64,000 nucleotides of DNA from Octopus vulgaris (taxonomy: Eukaryota). The position numbers and the translations under genes were made by a program. Below, one piece after another: positions 42,666 to 57,039 of the stretch (positions are counted from its first letter, which is position 1; each line of letters opens with the position of its first letter). The stretch spans positions 98,828,001-98,892,000 of the forward strand of contig OX597820.1 of assembly GCA_951406725.2 (NCBI GenBank). Reading direction: 5' to 3'. A model generated the notes under the pieces. That model was not told the origin of the DNA. It did no database searches and was given only the letters and a program-made list of their open reading frames with translations.

Positions 42666-42752
42666 ATGGAGGTGTTGATTGACCTCTCTCTCACTCTCTC
42701 TCTTTCTCTCTCACTCTCTTTCTCCCTTTCTCTCTTTCTCTCTCATTCTTTC

Positions 42753-42800
<48 letters not shown>

Positions 42801-44237
42801 GACTACATTTCATACGTACTAGTGGAGAAGATTGAGGTCTGGCTAACTAGGAGGCCATGTATTTGAGAGAACAAGAGGATGGAGATAAGCACGCATCCAC
42901 GCCTGGGTTATTCTAACCTTATGACACAGTGCAGCGCCCTGTTAGAAGAAGTATAATCTTCCGTTGCCTACTCTGTCTATTCGAGGCTTCACAACTTTCT
43001 GCAACATCTCTGTGTAGACAGCGGCAATAACTTTTAAGCCCTTTGGAAAAAACGTGAGGAGGCATCATATCTCCCTAATTGCTGACAACTCCCTGAACCG
43101 TCACAGTAGCCGAGAACTGTTGGAACCCCCTTATGTATGACTGTTGGAACCTCATTAGGATCTCTAGAAAGACCAAAGCATTCAAGCCTCTTAGTACTTT
43201 AACTTATTTAGAAAGCACTATGTACAGATCGAACGATTCTCTTGTAACATCCGACATGAACTGAACTCCTTCACATCACATACGACTTATACCGTGTGTC
43301 TTCATGTACAATTCTTCTTATGGTGCATTCTGAAACCTTGAGGTCATTTACAGTGAACTGATTGACTTTCTGGGGCTTTTATCGATTATTACTTGGATTT
43401 TTTTGTACAAAGTTATGTGTTCTAATAACATTAAGACTCTGTGCATGTGTTTTGCCTTTAGATGCTGAAGTTGGATCCCCGTCAGCAGCTTCCAGCTCCT
43501 TTCAAACTTTGGTAGCGGGACACTCTCAGGAAGGAATCGATCTTTGTATCACTCTGCTGCACTTCTAAGGCAACGATTACAGCGTGCCTTTTAATCAGAT
43601 GTCTGACATTATTTATCTAAAAAGTGAGCTAAAAAGATTTAGAACTCTCGAAAGAGGTATCCCCAAAAAACTGATGCACCATGTGTATGTGTGTGCGCGC
43701 GTGCGGTGGTGTGTGTGTGTGTGTGTTTGTGTATGCATGTGTACGTGTGTACGTACGTCTGTGTTTGCATTTCTCCCACCATTGCTTGACAACAAGTGTT
43801 GGTTTGTTTATGTGTCTATACTTTAGCGGTTCTCCAAAAGGAACCGATAGAATTGATAATTATCAAACATTAAGATAAATACGATTTGCTTGCCTAAAAC
43901 TTTCAAGACGTCCCCAATATGGACATCTTCCAAATATCTGAAAATGGAAAATAATTATCTCTATTTGCATTGAAATGTCTCACTTCACAAAATGCTCAGT
44001 TAACAAATAACAAGTTATATCATGTTGAAAATTTCTCAAAAGAATGAAAGAGTACTATATATGAAATGTTTGGACCTTCGTAATAAGTAAAGAAAGTTAA
44101 ATATCAAATATGTGATTTCTCTGCATTGTTTCCTTATAAACCCTTAATTTCAGATTCATATTTCTAATCCCGCCAAATAGTGTGAAGCATGAATGATCTT
44201 CCCTGTAATAATTGCGGTTTCTAAAAGTCGTGTTTAA

Positions 44238-44586
44238 TCTTTATATATAAAGCTGAAGTTGTCTGTGTATGGCAGGTTTGGTAGTCTTGACCAAAATTGA
44301 AAGTATAATAGAAGAAGACTTGCTCTTCCTTCCGTAGAAGAAAACATTCAGATCGGACCATGTTAACACCAAAAATTATTTACATCAAAAAAGGGGTTTT
44401 TTTCTATGAAAATCCCTATTTTTACGATTTTTTGACTGCTGTGTCGCTATTTTTCTGTGTATTTCAAACAGAAAAATGTTCACTTAAAGAGAATAGCAAG
44501 CTACATAATGCAAAATTTTTACTTTTCAAAAATCCCAATTCTAAAGGGTCGAAACAAACCCGAGCAACGCCGGGCGATACTGCTAG
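44238..44586 (+). mobile_element. Non-autonomous Helitron
   Basis: 5' end A|TCtttatatataaa; subterminal hairpin cccgagcaacgccggg; 3' end CTAG|T. Confidence 0.85.
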
Positions 44587-44744
44587 TAAACGATATATTT
44601 ATGTTTATACATACAGATATATCGTGTGTATGTATGTATGTATGTATGTATGTATGTATGTATGTATGTATGTATACAGGCATGGTTGTGTTGTAATGAA
44701 TTTCGTTTTGCAACTCAATGGTTTCAAGTTCTAATCTACTGTAC

Positions 44745-44959
44745 TCTTTTACTCTTTACTCTCTTTTACTTGTTTCAGTTATTTGACTGCGGCCATGCTG
44801 GAGCACCGCCTTTAGTCGAGCAAATCGACCCCAGAACTTATTTTTTGTAAGCCTAATACTTATTCTATCGGTCTCTTTTGCTGAACCGCTAAGTTACGAG
44901 GACGGAAACACACCAGCATCGGTTGTCAAGCGATGTTTGGTGGGACAAACACAGACACA

Positions 44960-45039
<80 letters not shown>

Positions 45040-45170
45040 TATACATATATATACGACGGGCTTCTTTCGGTTTCCGTCTACCAAATTCACTCACAAGGCT
45101 TTGGTCGGCCCGAGGCTATGTAGAAGACACTTGCCCAAAGTGTCACGCAGTGTGACTGAACCCGGAACCC
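44745..45170 (-). mobile_element. SINE family B, head truncated
   Basis: Matches 36265-36660. Confidence 0.85.
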
Positions 45171-45585
45171 TGTGTTTATCTCTCACCGCTTGCCAACCGG
45201 TTTGTTTATGTCTCCGTGACTTAGCGGTTCAGCAACAAGACAATCATAGTATATATGCAATGTCAAATAAGTACCTTATGAAACAAAACACTTCAACGCG
45301 ATGGCCCTAAATGACTGCTTCCCATGTCTCCACCCGATATTCAATTTTTAATTAGTCTGAATGTCAGAGTTGTCTCCCTTTCGAGAATTAATAATTAAAC
45401 ACTAATTAGGTATATTTTTTTCTTTAATTCAAGTGTAATTTTTATTAATTAAGCTTCTTTGGCTTACTATACTAAGTCTCTTAACACCGACTCATCTGTT
45501 TGAAACATTTTAACTAAGCTGCAATACCGCTAAGACCTCATGATTTATTAGGACGAAAATATCAAGTTGTTTTTAATGTGTGTAT

Positions 45586-45630
<45 letters not shown>

Positions 45631-45784
45631 CATGCGTATGTGTGTATGTGTGTGTCTACGTGTAAGAGCATATATACATATATATATATGCATGTGTATG
45701 TTTTTATATAATATATATGTGTGTGTATATATGTATATAATATATATATGGAGAGAGAGAGAGAGAGAGAGATAACTATAGATA

Positions 45785-45828
<44 letters not shown>

Positions 45829-46666
45829 TGTGTATGTTTTTATATAATATATATGTGTGTGTATATATGTATATAATATATATATATATATATATATGGA
45901 GAGAGAGAGAGAGAGAGAGATAACTATAGATATGCATATACATACATACTTTTCTTTACTTGTAAGCATTACAGGATTTTTTTTCATTTTTCTTTTTTCT
46001 TTTCTCGAATAGTTTAATGTCTATAATTTTTCTCTGCTGATATCAAACATAATTAGCACCAATCTGAGATTAAAATAAGGAGGAGGGTGGCGGTAAAGTG
46101 AGAGAGAGCGACTGACAAACAGACAGACAGACAGACAGACAGGCAGGCTGAATGACCGACAGACGGTGGGCGCATGGGAATAGAGAGTAACAGTCCCATT
46201 GCTGTGATTCTCTCTGTCTTCTTTCTCGAATTAGTCTTTATGACATCAAATATCATTTACATTGAATTCTTAGTATTTACAATATATAATTTATATTTTA
46301 TAATTTTCTCAGCATGCTTTGAAAATATTGATACTTTTTTATCGTTTCGTAAATACTAGATATTTCACATTATTTTACAATAATTATTAGTTTGTCTTCA
46401 GCGACAGGATGTTGTTACAGATATAGCAATAATAAAACCAGTCATTTAACTCCGTTTAGCTTCAAATTCGCGTGGTCACAAGTAAACTCACCGCTCACTG
46501 TTCTTTACTGTCATATCGTTTCCTTTCTATGAAGCCAGGGAAATTTTCTTATGTGTTGTTAACCCTGTCTTAAATCGTCGCTGTTTTTGTTTGTGTTAAA
46601 ACCTAGGTCAGCAATTCTGATTCAGCAGATTTATGATCGCCTGTATTACATTCATAACCATCATAG

Positions 46667-47130
46667 GAGCAGGCATGGCTGTGTGGTTAAGAATCTTGCT
46701 CCCCAACTGTGCGCTCTTGGCTTCAGTCCCACTTCGCAGTACGTTGGATAAGTGTCTTCTACTATAGCCCTAAGCCGATCAATAGCATGAGTGGATTTTG
46801 TTTGTTCCTTCTCGAGCCATGCCTAGCTCAAAAGAGCCGGTTTCCCGGTTTCCTTGGCGTATAGGTTTCCCACCTGGACGGGGCACCGGTCCGTCGCAGG
46901 TGAGCTGCAAGATGCAGGAGGAAAATGTGGAAGAAAGTTGTGGGGAAAGAGTTAGCAGAAGTTCGCCATTACCTTCTGCCGGAGCCGCGTGGAGCTGAGG
47001 TGTTTTGCTCATAAACACACACATTGCCCGGTCTGAGATTCGAACCCGCGAGTCCGCTGCTCTAACCACTAGGCTATGTGCCTCCACATGAGTGAATTTG
47101 GTGAATGGTAAATAAAATAAGCCCATCGTT
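46667..47130 (+). mobile_element. SINE B head interrupted by an antisense SINE C (46800-47086)
   Basis: TSD-like catgagtggattt (46786) and catgagtgaattt (47087). Confidence 0.8.
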
Positions 47131-47147
47131 TGTAAATATAGATATAC

Positions 47148-47562
47148 GAAAGTAATAATTTAAAAGATGTCAAATTGACATAACAGTTGTTTCCGTAAAG
47201 GGATGATATCATTTATTCCACATCTCATACAATGTTATGCAATGCATGCAATTCTTATTGTCCATTCACTTCTTCGGATGTCGTGATTTGAAGGTTGCGA
47301 TCGACCTAGTGCTATTTATATATTGTAAACACGCCCAAATGAACGCGTCTCAAAATATTCATTAAGTCGTCCATGCCTTCAACTCGTGACATTGGGAGAA
47401 GTAAATGGACCATTTTATATATTTCCATATACAATGGCATGTATTACATGACGTTTATGAATTGCATAACATTATATGATATATGTAGTAAATAATATCG
47501 TCTGTTTACAAAAATAGTTGTAATGACAATTTGACTTCTTTCTTCATTTAAATTATTACTTT
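47148..47562. repeat. Old diverged inverted repeat (arms ~47148-47310 and ~47362-47562)
   Basis: aaagtaataattt/aaattattacttt, gtcaaattg/caatttgac, atgttatgcaat/attgcataacat, tccattcacttct/agaagtaaatgga. Confidence 0.7.
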
Positions 47563-48137
47563 TATCATTCACTCTGTGGGGCTTATATTAAGCCAACTGG
47601 AGTTGTATAGAGCTCCCTTTAGTATCGGTTGATATCTTGCGGATCTCCTTTTGATTTTGGAATATTACACTAGCCACGAACCTGCATGATGTGCTAATGA
47701 GGCAATAGCCAACTTAATAATTATTCCATCAATCTGTATAAATATATGCATCATAAATACATACATACATAAATATACATGTATGTATACATATATGTGC
47801 ATGTGCGTGTGTGTGTCTTTATGCTTGTGTTCGTCCTCCACCACCTCTTGATAACCGGTGTTGGCTTGTTTACGTCCCGTAACTTATCGCTCTGGAAAAA
47901 TCGACCGATAGAGTAAGTGCCAGACTTAAAAAGAAGTAGAGGAGTTGAGTTGTTCGTGTAAACTCTTGAGGGTGGTGCCCCAGTATGGCGGTATTCCGAT
48001 TACTAGAACGAGTAAAAAAAAAAAAAAACTTCTAAATCCAGGTGGGGTTCTTTTCAACCCTCATACCCTCTCTCGCTACATTATCGTGTTTACTTTTCTT
48101 GTGACAGTAGGATGTGATTTTACATAAAGTTACCACA

Positions 48138-48546
48138 TAGGCGCAGGAGTGGCAGTGTGGTAAGTAGCTTGCTAACCAACCACATGGTTCCAGGTTCACT
48201 CCCACTGCGTGGCATCTTTGGCAAGTGTCTTCTGCTATAGCCCCGGGCCGACCAATGCCTTGTGAGTTGATTTGGTAGACGGAAACTGAAAGAAGCCTGT
48301 CGTATATATGTATATATATGTGTGTGTGTGTATATGTTTGTGTGTCTGCGTTTGTCCCCCTAGCATTGCTTGACAACCGATGCTGGTGTGTTTACGTCCC
48401 CGTCACTTAGCGGTTCGGCAAAAGAGACCGATATAATAAGTACTGGGCTTACAAAGAATAAGTCCCGGGGTCGATTTGCTCGACTAAAAGCGGTGCTCCA
48501 GCATGGCCTCAGTCAAATGACTGAAACAAGTAAAAGAGTAAAGAGT
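48138..48546 (+). mobile_element. SINE family B, full length
   Basis: Complete head, core, internal microsatellite and (GTAAAAGA)n tail. Confidence 0.9.
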
Positions 48547-49644
48547 ATAGATATGTTAATCTTCAGAAATTGAAATAGGTTCTTCAATTATGAGTAATCC
48601 CTTTCGTATTTGTTAGAAAGATATGCCATCGTTTGAAATATTCTTTTCAAAACAAAGAACAGCACTGATTAAACTGTAATCTACGAACCAATTTCGATCA
48701 CCAGTAGACGTCATTTTATCCTAATTACTCTTTTCATGGTATAGACAAATCCACAGATTTTAATTTATTTTTTCTATTTCATAAATCATAACCAATGACT
48801 TGTGCAATAAGAGTGAACATCTATTTTATGAGTGGTGTGTATTAAGTCTGTAAAATTGTGCATAAAGTATATGTATATATATATATAAAGGGCATTAAGT
48901 AATCATCGTATTCCAATTTCTTTCACTTTTCAATGAGTAGTAGATGAACGACTATCTTTCCATATACACACGGCATAATCTACGCTTTCAAGTTCTTTGG
49001 ATAAAGTTTTCAGAAAAAACCAATAGGTTTACCATTAATTCCATGAAATAATCACGGATCCCGCTAGTATGATAAAATGGTGTAACTGAAGTTGCATGTT
49101 TTTCGTTTTTTATTTGATTTCATTGTTTTATTTCAAGAAATTTAATTCATTATAAAAAAAAATAAAGTATTCTGATTATAATTTCTTGCATATTGAATTG
49201 AAATGCAAGGCTTGGCATATTTCGGGTCATAAACAGTAACAAATGATACTTAAATGCACATTTCCAAGTAAAGTATCTGAAACATTTATTGATTAAACTG
49301 AAATGCGGGAGGGAAAAATATGAAGTATTATTGCAGCTAAAAATTGTGTTCTCGGTTTCATTAATACCACATTATAAGGCGCGTGAGAATGGCATTGCGA
49401 GTGAGAGATGTCTATTATTTCAAACAGAGGTGCGAGGAGCGACTTAATTGAAAATAGACCGACACATTGCAAACACAAATTTTCATTTTCCCCTGTGCGT
49501 TCACCACTTCTCTAGAGTGCTGGTTCAAAGCTGAAATACAAATGTTTATGCATTCAATTGCAACGTTTATATCGCTTAACAATCCCTGTATAGTGATCTG
49601 TCTGACGCTTGTCTATAATATTTACTAATATGTTTAAAAAAAAG

Positions 49645-49840
49645 CAGGCTTGCAGAATTGTTAGCACGTTCTGCAAAATGCTTAGCGGCATTTCGTCTGT
49701 CTTTACGTTCTGAGTTCAAATTCCGCCGAGGTTGACTTTGCCTTTCGTCTTTTCGGAGCCGATAAAATAAGCATCCGTTGAACACTGGGCACGATGTTAT
49801 CGACTTAAATTGCTAACCTTATGTCAAAATTTGAAATCGG
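49645..49840 (+). mobile_element. SINE family A monomer, diverged
   Basis: Head gcagaattgttagcac..gagttcaaattcc plus Nin-like core. Confidence 0.75.
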
Positions 49841-50141
49841 TATTTACATACATGATTTAAAATTCTGATACATTTTCATTCAGATTGTATCCAACTTGTC
49901 TTCTTTGTTACACAGGCACACTAGCTATTGATGGGACCTTTGAAGGGTGTCTGACCCTTTAGATAAAGGATTTAAAAAGTAAATGTATATTGAATAACGT
50001 AATATTCGATATAGTATATTTTACAAAATTATGACTGGATAGTTTCAATGACGAGTTTCTACGTGACATGAGGCTCAACAACAACAAAAAGGAGAACACG
50101 TAATATGTTCACAACACATTCAGTCCATTGCGGTAATGGGA

Positions 50142-50190
50142 CTTTGAAACACTGCGGTGTTTCGATCTTGTTGTGTCTCTTCAGTCAAAG
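50142..50190 (-). ncRNA. Type I hammerhead ribozyme, unit 1
   Basis: ctttga CTGAAGA gac-acaacaag-atc GAAA cac-cgca-gtg TT tcaaag. Confidence 0.85.
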
Positions 50191-50548
50191 CAACACCTGG
50201 ATCTATGAGTCTAAACAACAATTTTGGCTCTTATTTGCCGATGTGTGCTGTTATCAAACAAGCCGGTAATAAATTTCACGTACGGAAGAACAACGAAAAA
50301 TTCTTTTTTTAAATCTAGTTAATGATAAGATTTCTACTCCATTAAATCTGAATGATAGAACAGTCTATTTGTTGATTCGTTATGAAAATTTAATGCAGTA
50401 ATAATATAGTTTGAGTATTATTAAACTTAAATTAACGATAATGTAGTTTCTACAGTAATAAATCCTCGTTTAACATGAGATTCAACAACAACAAAATGGA
50501 GCACACATAATATGTTTACAACACACTCAGTCCATTGAGGTACGGGGA

Positions 50549-50597
50549 CTTTGAGACACCGAGATGTTTCGACCTTGTTGCGTCTCTTCGGACAAAG
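50549..50597 (-). ncRNA. Type I hammerhead ribozyme, unit 2
   Basis: ctttgt CCGAAGA gac-gcaacaag-gtc GAAA cat-ctcg-gtg TC tcaaag; helix I extends as gaggta/tacctc. Confidence 0.8.
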
Positions 50598-51467
50598 CTA
50601 CCTCTGGATCAATGAGTCTAAGCAAGAATTTTGGCTCTTATTTGCCAGGACATGCTGATGTCTAACAAGCCGATAAATTGCCATATACGGCAAGAACAAC
50701 GAAAAAATCGTTTTTGAAACCTAGTTAATAAGAATTTTTACTCCAATATATTTGAATGATAAACTCGTATTTGTTGTTTCGTTACGAAATTTGATGCAGT
50801 AATAATATAGTTTTCTGTATTATTAAACTTAAATTAATTATAATAAAGCTTCTACATTAATAACACCGCATTTAATGATAATATCATTTTTACATTATTA
50901 AATCTAGATTAATAATAGTTTCTAAATAATAAAAACTGGATGAATGAATAATTTTCTACGCTTTTAAATCTGAATGAAAATAGAGTTTTTATATTATCAA
51001 ATTCGGTTGTGGAAAAATGTAACATTTGAGGTTAAGATGGTGATGCTGTTCTTATTAATAGTGGTGAGGATGATGTGGATGAGAGTGCTGTGTTGTTGGG
51101 GTTTTTTTGCGATACTAAAGACAGTGATGTTAATGACGGTTGTGGAAGGAGGGAAGGGGGGTAATAGCAAAGGCGATGGTGGTGATGGTGGTGGTGGTCC
51201 TCGTCGTCGTCTTGATCGAGCAGACCCTATTTTCAAAGTTATTTCACCGGTGTCCATTTTGTCTTTTTATGCATATGAAGGGCTGCATTATCTAACTTTA
51301 CCGTTCGTTACTTAAGGCTGTAGGGCGATTATTTAAAGGAAAGTTGGTTGCTCTTTCTAGCAGGTCGCCTCCAATCCCGGAGGTGATGGTGATCGTCGTC
51401 GCCTATGCCGTCCTCATCTTCGTCCTCGTCATCGTCGTCGCCGTCCTCGCTATTGTCATCGTCATCG

Positions 51468-51722
51468 TTACGTTTCGAGCCTACGCTCTTCTACAGAAAG
51501 GGACACAGAAAAAACGAGAAGAGAAAAAATGTGTGTAGTGGCTAACGATCTATCATGGAGACTTGTTTCTCTCCTTGTTTTTTCTGTGTCCCTTTCTGTA
51601 GAAGAGCGTAGACTCGAAACGTAAAAGACTTTTCCTATTCCTGAGCGTTATACTAATACATCTGTTTGTTTTGTACACCACCTGTCTTCGTCTTTTGTGG
51701 GGTTTTTTTCGTAAACTCTCCC
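51468..51722 (+). mobile_element. Penelope-like pLTR fold-back with variant HHR cores on both strands, ending in (TA)n
   Basis: Arms ~51468-51530 and ~51563-51624; cttt CTGTAGA a gag..ctc GAAA cg TA aaag at 51592-51627. Confidence 0.7.
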
Positions 51723-51974
51723 TATATATATATATATTTGTATATACCACAGATAACTATTCTGTACTGTTACTTTTGTGGCCAGAAAAATCAGTAAGTA
51801 AATTTTGATGAAACGATAAAAGATACTGAAGTATATATATACATATATATATACATACATACATACATACATACATACATACATACATACATACATACAT
51901 ACATACATACATACATACATACATACATACATACATACGTGTGTTTGCGTCCGTGTATGTAGTTATGTAGTAAT

Positions 51975-52180
51975 CTCTTTTCTACTATAGGCACAAGACC
52001 TCAGATTTTAGAAAGAAGAGTACATCGACCTCAGTGCTTAACTGCTACTTATTTTATTGGTCCCAAAAGATGAAAGGCAGAGTCGACCTCAGAAAAGTTT
52101 GAACTCAGAAGATAAAGTCGGACGAAAAGCTACAAAGTATTTCATCCGGTCAGTTAACAATTCTGCCACCTCACCGCTTT
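51975..52180 (-). mobile_element. SINE family A monomer, old
   Basis: gatgaaaggcagagtcgacctc..ttgaactcagaa. Confidence 0.65.
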
Positions 52181-52408
52181 TGTACTATGTAATAATACGA
52201 GGTATCCTTACAGGTCTGTGTGTTAGTAATGACACGTTTTAGCTTCACTATGAAAACCGGATACTGTGGGGAAATCACGTTTTATTTTATCAGTGGCGAG
52301 AAAAGGGAAATCACTCTGAAGAACTTCAATATCTTTTATCGTTTCATCATTATATACGGATTTTTCTGGCCACAAAAGTAACAGTACAGAATAGCTATCT
52401 ATAGTATA

Positions 52409-52825
52409 TATTTCTTTACTGCCCACAAGGGGCTAAACATAGAGGGGACAAACAAGGACAGAGAAAGGGATTAAGTCGATTACATCGACCCCAGTGTGAA
52501 ACTGGTACCTATTTAATCGACCCCGAAAGGATGAAAGGCAATGTCGACCTCGGCGGAATTTGAACTCAGAACGTAACGACAGACGAAATACCTGTTTCTT
52601 TACTACCCACAAGGGGCTAAACACAGGGAGGATAAACAAGGACAGACAAACGGATTAAGTCGATTATAGCGACCCAAGTGCGTAACTGGAACTTATTTAA
52701 TCGACCCCGAAAGGATGAAAGGCAATGTCGACCTCGGCGAAATTTGAACTCAGAACGTAGCGGCAGACGAAATACCGCTAAGCATTTCGCCCAGCGCGCT
52801 AACGTTTCTGCCAGCTCGCCGCCTT
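52409..52825 (-). mobile_element. SINE family A dimer with 17-bp TSD
   Basis: TSD tagctatctatagtata at 52392-52408 and 52826-52842. Confidence 0.92.
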
Positions 52826-53476
52826 TAGCTATCTATAGTATACACAACATCGAATAGAACTTAAGTGAACTACTCTGATTTGCATAACAGTGTAAAGGTT
52901 GATAATACTTCGGTTTAATATTGAATATTTCTCATCTTTTCCTCTCAGAGAGAATAGAATCTTTTTAACCCAACGGCTTGAAGTTTGAATGGGTGTGGAC
53001 TACTTGTACCAATGTCCGAATAAATTATTTGCGCAAATGTGAAAAGTAAAATTCATCGATATGTTTTTGTGGAAATTTGTGAGAGATGGTTTAGAAATTA
53101 CCGTTTTGTCCTACACTTTGCTTTGTTTGAATCGTGGGGCTTTCCAGATGAACGGAAATATATTTTTCCGAATGCCGAAATCGTAATGATTTTAGATAAA
53201 ATGTCGGCTGTTGAAATAGGTTTACCTAAGCTCGTTCTTTCCGTTAATTACTTTGATGTTCATTCTAACGTAACACCCAGATTTATATATAAATATATAT
53301 ATATATAATATACGAAGAAAAAAATATTAAATTGTGCAATATAGTAGTACTGCTTCTCAGTAAAACAAAGCACCATCAGGTTAAAGTATAAATATAGAAT
53401 AGTGGTACAACAATGCACTAATATTTACTGGAAATAGTCGATAATATCAGACGCTATAGTAAAGCTTCACTATATA

Positions 53477-54265
<789 letters not shown>

Positions 54266-54270
54266 ACGTA

Positions 54271-54555
54271 GCTTAGATTCAAGGGTACACAGCTTTTCAG
54301 TAGCCTCCAAACGATTCGAAAGATTTACATGTGGTGGATATAAATGTTTACAAATAATTGGTTCTCCTAGTGTCAAGCGGAACGGACGAACCAGCTTCCT
54401 TGCAGGAAATGCATATGAGGGCAGCAAACATTCTTTAACCAAACGTGAACTATTAAAGGAAGATTAATGAAAGTGTAGCAACATGAATGACGTTGCCCTA
54501 GAATGGCCACTGCTTCAGGTCTAAGTTTGAAACAAGTAAATGAAAAAGAATAAAA
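54271..54555 (+). mobile_element. CR1/L2-group LINE 3' end, decayed
   Basis: LRFKGTQLFSSL / KDLHVVDINVYK*LVLLVSSGTDEP resembles GPxLFNxLP..FK..VPDEP. Confidence 0.6.
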
Positions 54556-54645
54556 AAATATGTATATATTTACTTGCATATATATACATATATCTACATA
54601 TATACATATGTACATGTGTGTGTGTCTGTGTGCGCGCGCGCGTTT

Positions 54646-54689
<44 letters not shown>

Positions 54690-54738
54690 ACGCAAAGGGG
54701 GGGGACATATTTCAATGTTTTTTAATATATATTTTGAT

Positions 54739-55325
54739 AAGGCGGCGAGCTGGCAGAAACGTTATCACGCCGGGCGAAATGCTTTGTGGTATTTCGTCCG
54801 CCGCTGCGTACTGAGTTCAAATTTCGCCGAGGTCGACTTTGCCTTTCATCCTTTCGGGGTCGATAAATTAAGTACCAGTTACACACTGGGGTCGATATAA
54901 TCGACTTAGTCCGTTTGTCTGTCCTTGTTTGTCTTCTCTGTGTTTAGCCCCTTGTAGGCAGTAAAGAAATAGGTATTTCGTCTGCCGCTACGTTCTGAGT
55001 TCAAATTCCACCGAGATCGATTTTGCCTTTCACCCTTTCGGGGTCGATAAATTAAGTACCAGTTACGCACTGCGGTCGATATAATCGACTTAGTCCGTTT
55101 GTCTGTCCTTGTTTGTCATCTCTGTGTTTAGCCCTTTGTGGGTAGTAAAGAAATAGGTATTTCGTCTGTCGCTACGTTCTGAGTTTAATTTCATCTGATG
55201 TCAACATTGCCTTTCATCCTTTCGGGGTCGATTAAAATAAGTACCAGTTACGCACTGCGGTTGATGTAATCGCCCTATCCCCTTTCCCCGAAATACTGGC
55301 CTTGTGCCAAAATTTGAAATCAGTA
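54739..55325 (+). mobile_element. SINE family A trimer
   Basis: Head plus three ~185-bp bodies joined at gaaata|ggtatttcgtctg. Confidence 0.9.
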
Positions 55326-55516
55326 CATATATATGCATACGCGTATATTAAAAAAAAGAAAAGGTAGTAGTAAGGGGAAATTATTCTGACCGCTGACGTC
55401 ATCATCTTAATTTTATAATTACTAATCGATATTAGTACTGAAATTTTCTTCCCATAATGCTACAACGTTAACGACCGGAATTAAATAACAAATGCACCAA
55501 CACACCGTAATAACAA

Positions 55517-55626
<110 letters not shown>

Positions 55627-55987
55627 GATGTCTGTATATATATATATAATCATATAGGATTTGGTTGATAAACATATTTGGTTTCGCAGTAACACCCTTT
55701 TCCTTTCGCTGCTTAAACCCCTGTAGTGTTCTCCTGAAGTTAAATATTCACAGCAAGACTGTATGTTTATTAGATATGTTGCATATTATTTTCATATTCA
55801 TATTAATTCATAACTTTGTTGCGTTGGTACACTAAATATTAAATTCCAGCTGTCGACCTTCTTGAAAATTAAAGTAATTCCTGATGAATATTGGTTTATA
55901 CGAAACTACTCGGTCAATCTTTCTCTTTTCGCTACCGTGAACTGTTTCGTGTGGCCAGGTTATGGTTTGATAGCGAGATAATATGCG

Positions 55988-56060
<73 letters not shown>

Positions 56061-56095
56061 GTGTGTGAGTGTGTGTACAGTGAGAGAGAAATAGC

Positions 56096-56158
<63 letters not shown>

Positions 56159-56223
56159 TTAGTTAGATAGATAGACACACAGAGTGAGCGTATGTATGCA
56201 TATATATAAGCATATATGTACGC

Positions 56224-56279
<56 letters not shown>

Positions 56280-56382
56280 ATGCATACGTATATATGTATA
56301 GGTATGTTTGTATGTATGCATGTATGCATGTATGTGTGTGTGTATGTGTGTGAATTCTCAGCAGCCGAAACTCTATCTCAAG

Positions 56383-56456
<74 letters not shown>

Positions 56457-57039
56457 TACATATATATAGATACATACAAGTTTGTATGTATGTATGTATA
56501 TACACATTCATGTCTATATATACGCATATATGCATGAATATATAAATATATATATATGTGATGTTTGTTGGCATATATATATATATGGTATATGCTGGTA
56601 TATATATATGTGTGTGTGTGTATGTATGTATGTGTGTGTGTTTGTGTGTGTACGCGTTTATCCATTTATATATTCATATATGTACATATATACATATATC
56701 TGTATGTATACATACATGCATAAAATGCACAAATATCAGTGAAATACAGTACAATTGTGTCGGCTCGATTCAAGTATAATTCGCAAATGTGCTTAAATAA
56801 TTATTAAAACAAATAAATACAGGCTAAACCTATGTAAAATCGGTTAATTTTATAGATGAAACTTAGAAGATACTCGCGCACGCGCATACATACGCGCACA
56901 TATCCATCAATGCTTACATGGTAGAAGTCGCGTCGTGACCAATTAAGAGGAAATCCTTGACCCATTTGACGCTAAGAAGAATCTCGAGTTTGGTCTTCAT
57001 ATCGCTAATGAAATCTCATATGGCTTCAAAGGCCTACTA

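Larger units (their letters stand above)
50066..50875 (-). repeat. Head-to-tail 407-bp tandem (2 units), each unit with a hammerhead; retrozyme-like
   Basis: Units start at 50066 and 50473 and are collinear throughout. Confidence 0.85.

Noticed and set aside
45680-45940. Duplicated low-complexity block
   Set aside because: Slippage or assembly duplication within a compound microsatellite
54739-55325. CRISPR-like array
   Set aside because: Whole ~185-bp units repeat with no unique spacers, the context is eukaryotic and there are no cas genes
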